42,572 bases of DNA from a virus. The notes below the pieces were generated by a model that saw only the letters and a program-made list of their open reading frames with translations, was not told the origin of the DNA and did no database searches. How positions within the stretch are numbered: position 1 is the stretch's first letter; every line of letters begins with the position of its first letter. Both the position numbers and the translations under genes were made by a program. The DNA lies in IMG/VR virus record IMGVR_UViG_3300032132_000001, positions 1 to 42,572 of that record; one strand, written 5' to 3'. Shown piece after piece: positions 42,292 through 42,572 of the stretch.

Positions 42292-42572
42292 TAGTGGTGA
42301 TTTATTCTGATATGGGGTAGCTTACGGAATAGGTTGCCATGCTCCATGCAAGCACCCATTCCACCACCGTTGTCATGGATTTCCCATACGCGCAGTTCTG
42401 CGTCTTCGTTCTGAGCTAGGAACACAGCAGCGAGGCGAGCTGCGGCTTCTGTTCTGACGAGGTCCTCTTCTTCCCATTTCGCGCGCCATGCTTCTGAGCC
42501 GTATTCGGCCTTTTCATCGTCGTTGTCGTCCCAGAAGTCTGGCTTGCCTTCGAAGCCACCTCGTGCGATTTC
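42291..42572 (-). CDS. 3' end of a hypothetical protein (runs off window end)
   Basis: Open frame EIARGGFEGKPDFW...MEHGNLFRKLPHIRINHH ending in a TAATG junction. Confidence 0.7.
   Translation of the reverse strand, partial: EIARGGFEGKPDFWDDNDDEKAEYGSEAWRAKWEEEDLVRTEAAARLAAVFLAQNEDAELRVWEIHDNGGGMGACMEHGNLFRKLPHIRINHH

Noticed and set aside
1-42572. Stop-codon reassignment (alternative genetic code)
   Set aside because: Genes are intact under code 11. TAG, TGA and TAA all end genes at tight junctions with the next start, and no suppressor tRNA is seen.

Overview
This window looks like part of a large (jumbo-type) bacteriophage genome. That is an inference from a single coding strand, tightly packed genes with TAATG/ATGA/TAGTG stop-start overlaps, many short and Zn-finger hypotheticals, CCA-encoded tRNAs and an FVSNSSS-family gene. 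No virion structural genes are visible. Every supported gene lies on the minus strand. Recognisable content: (1) a PspA/IM30 + YjfI-like + DUF350 envelope-stress cluster at 1-3566; (2) a core-only NAD-dependent DNA ligase, a nucleotidyltransferase-domain-only ATP-type ligase, a polynucleotide kinase/phosphatase, an RlaP/YcgL-type nucleotidyltransferase, a complete WGR-PARP and a possible NADAR-like protein; (3) a MoxR-type AAA+/VWA-metallopeptidase pair and a second AAA+ ATPase; (4) three radical SAM enzymes; (5) an orphan Cas2-like protein; (6) tRNA-Leu(UAA), tRNA-Ile(UAU) and a CAU tRNA resembling Ile2. Signals the gene list does not explain: a 13-bp asymmetric motif (minus strand CCGTGGCACGTTG) found five times, always intergenic, co-oriented and just downstream of a stop codon; a shared (S/A)DPxFDP peptide on otherwise dissimilar proteins; a three-member paralogue family; a four-hairpin leader; and an 18-bp direct repeat that duplicates a stop/start junction. 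All family calls come from motifs read by eye; no database searches were run.
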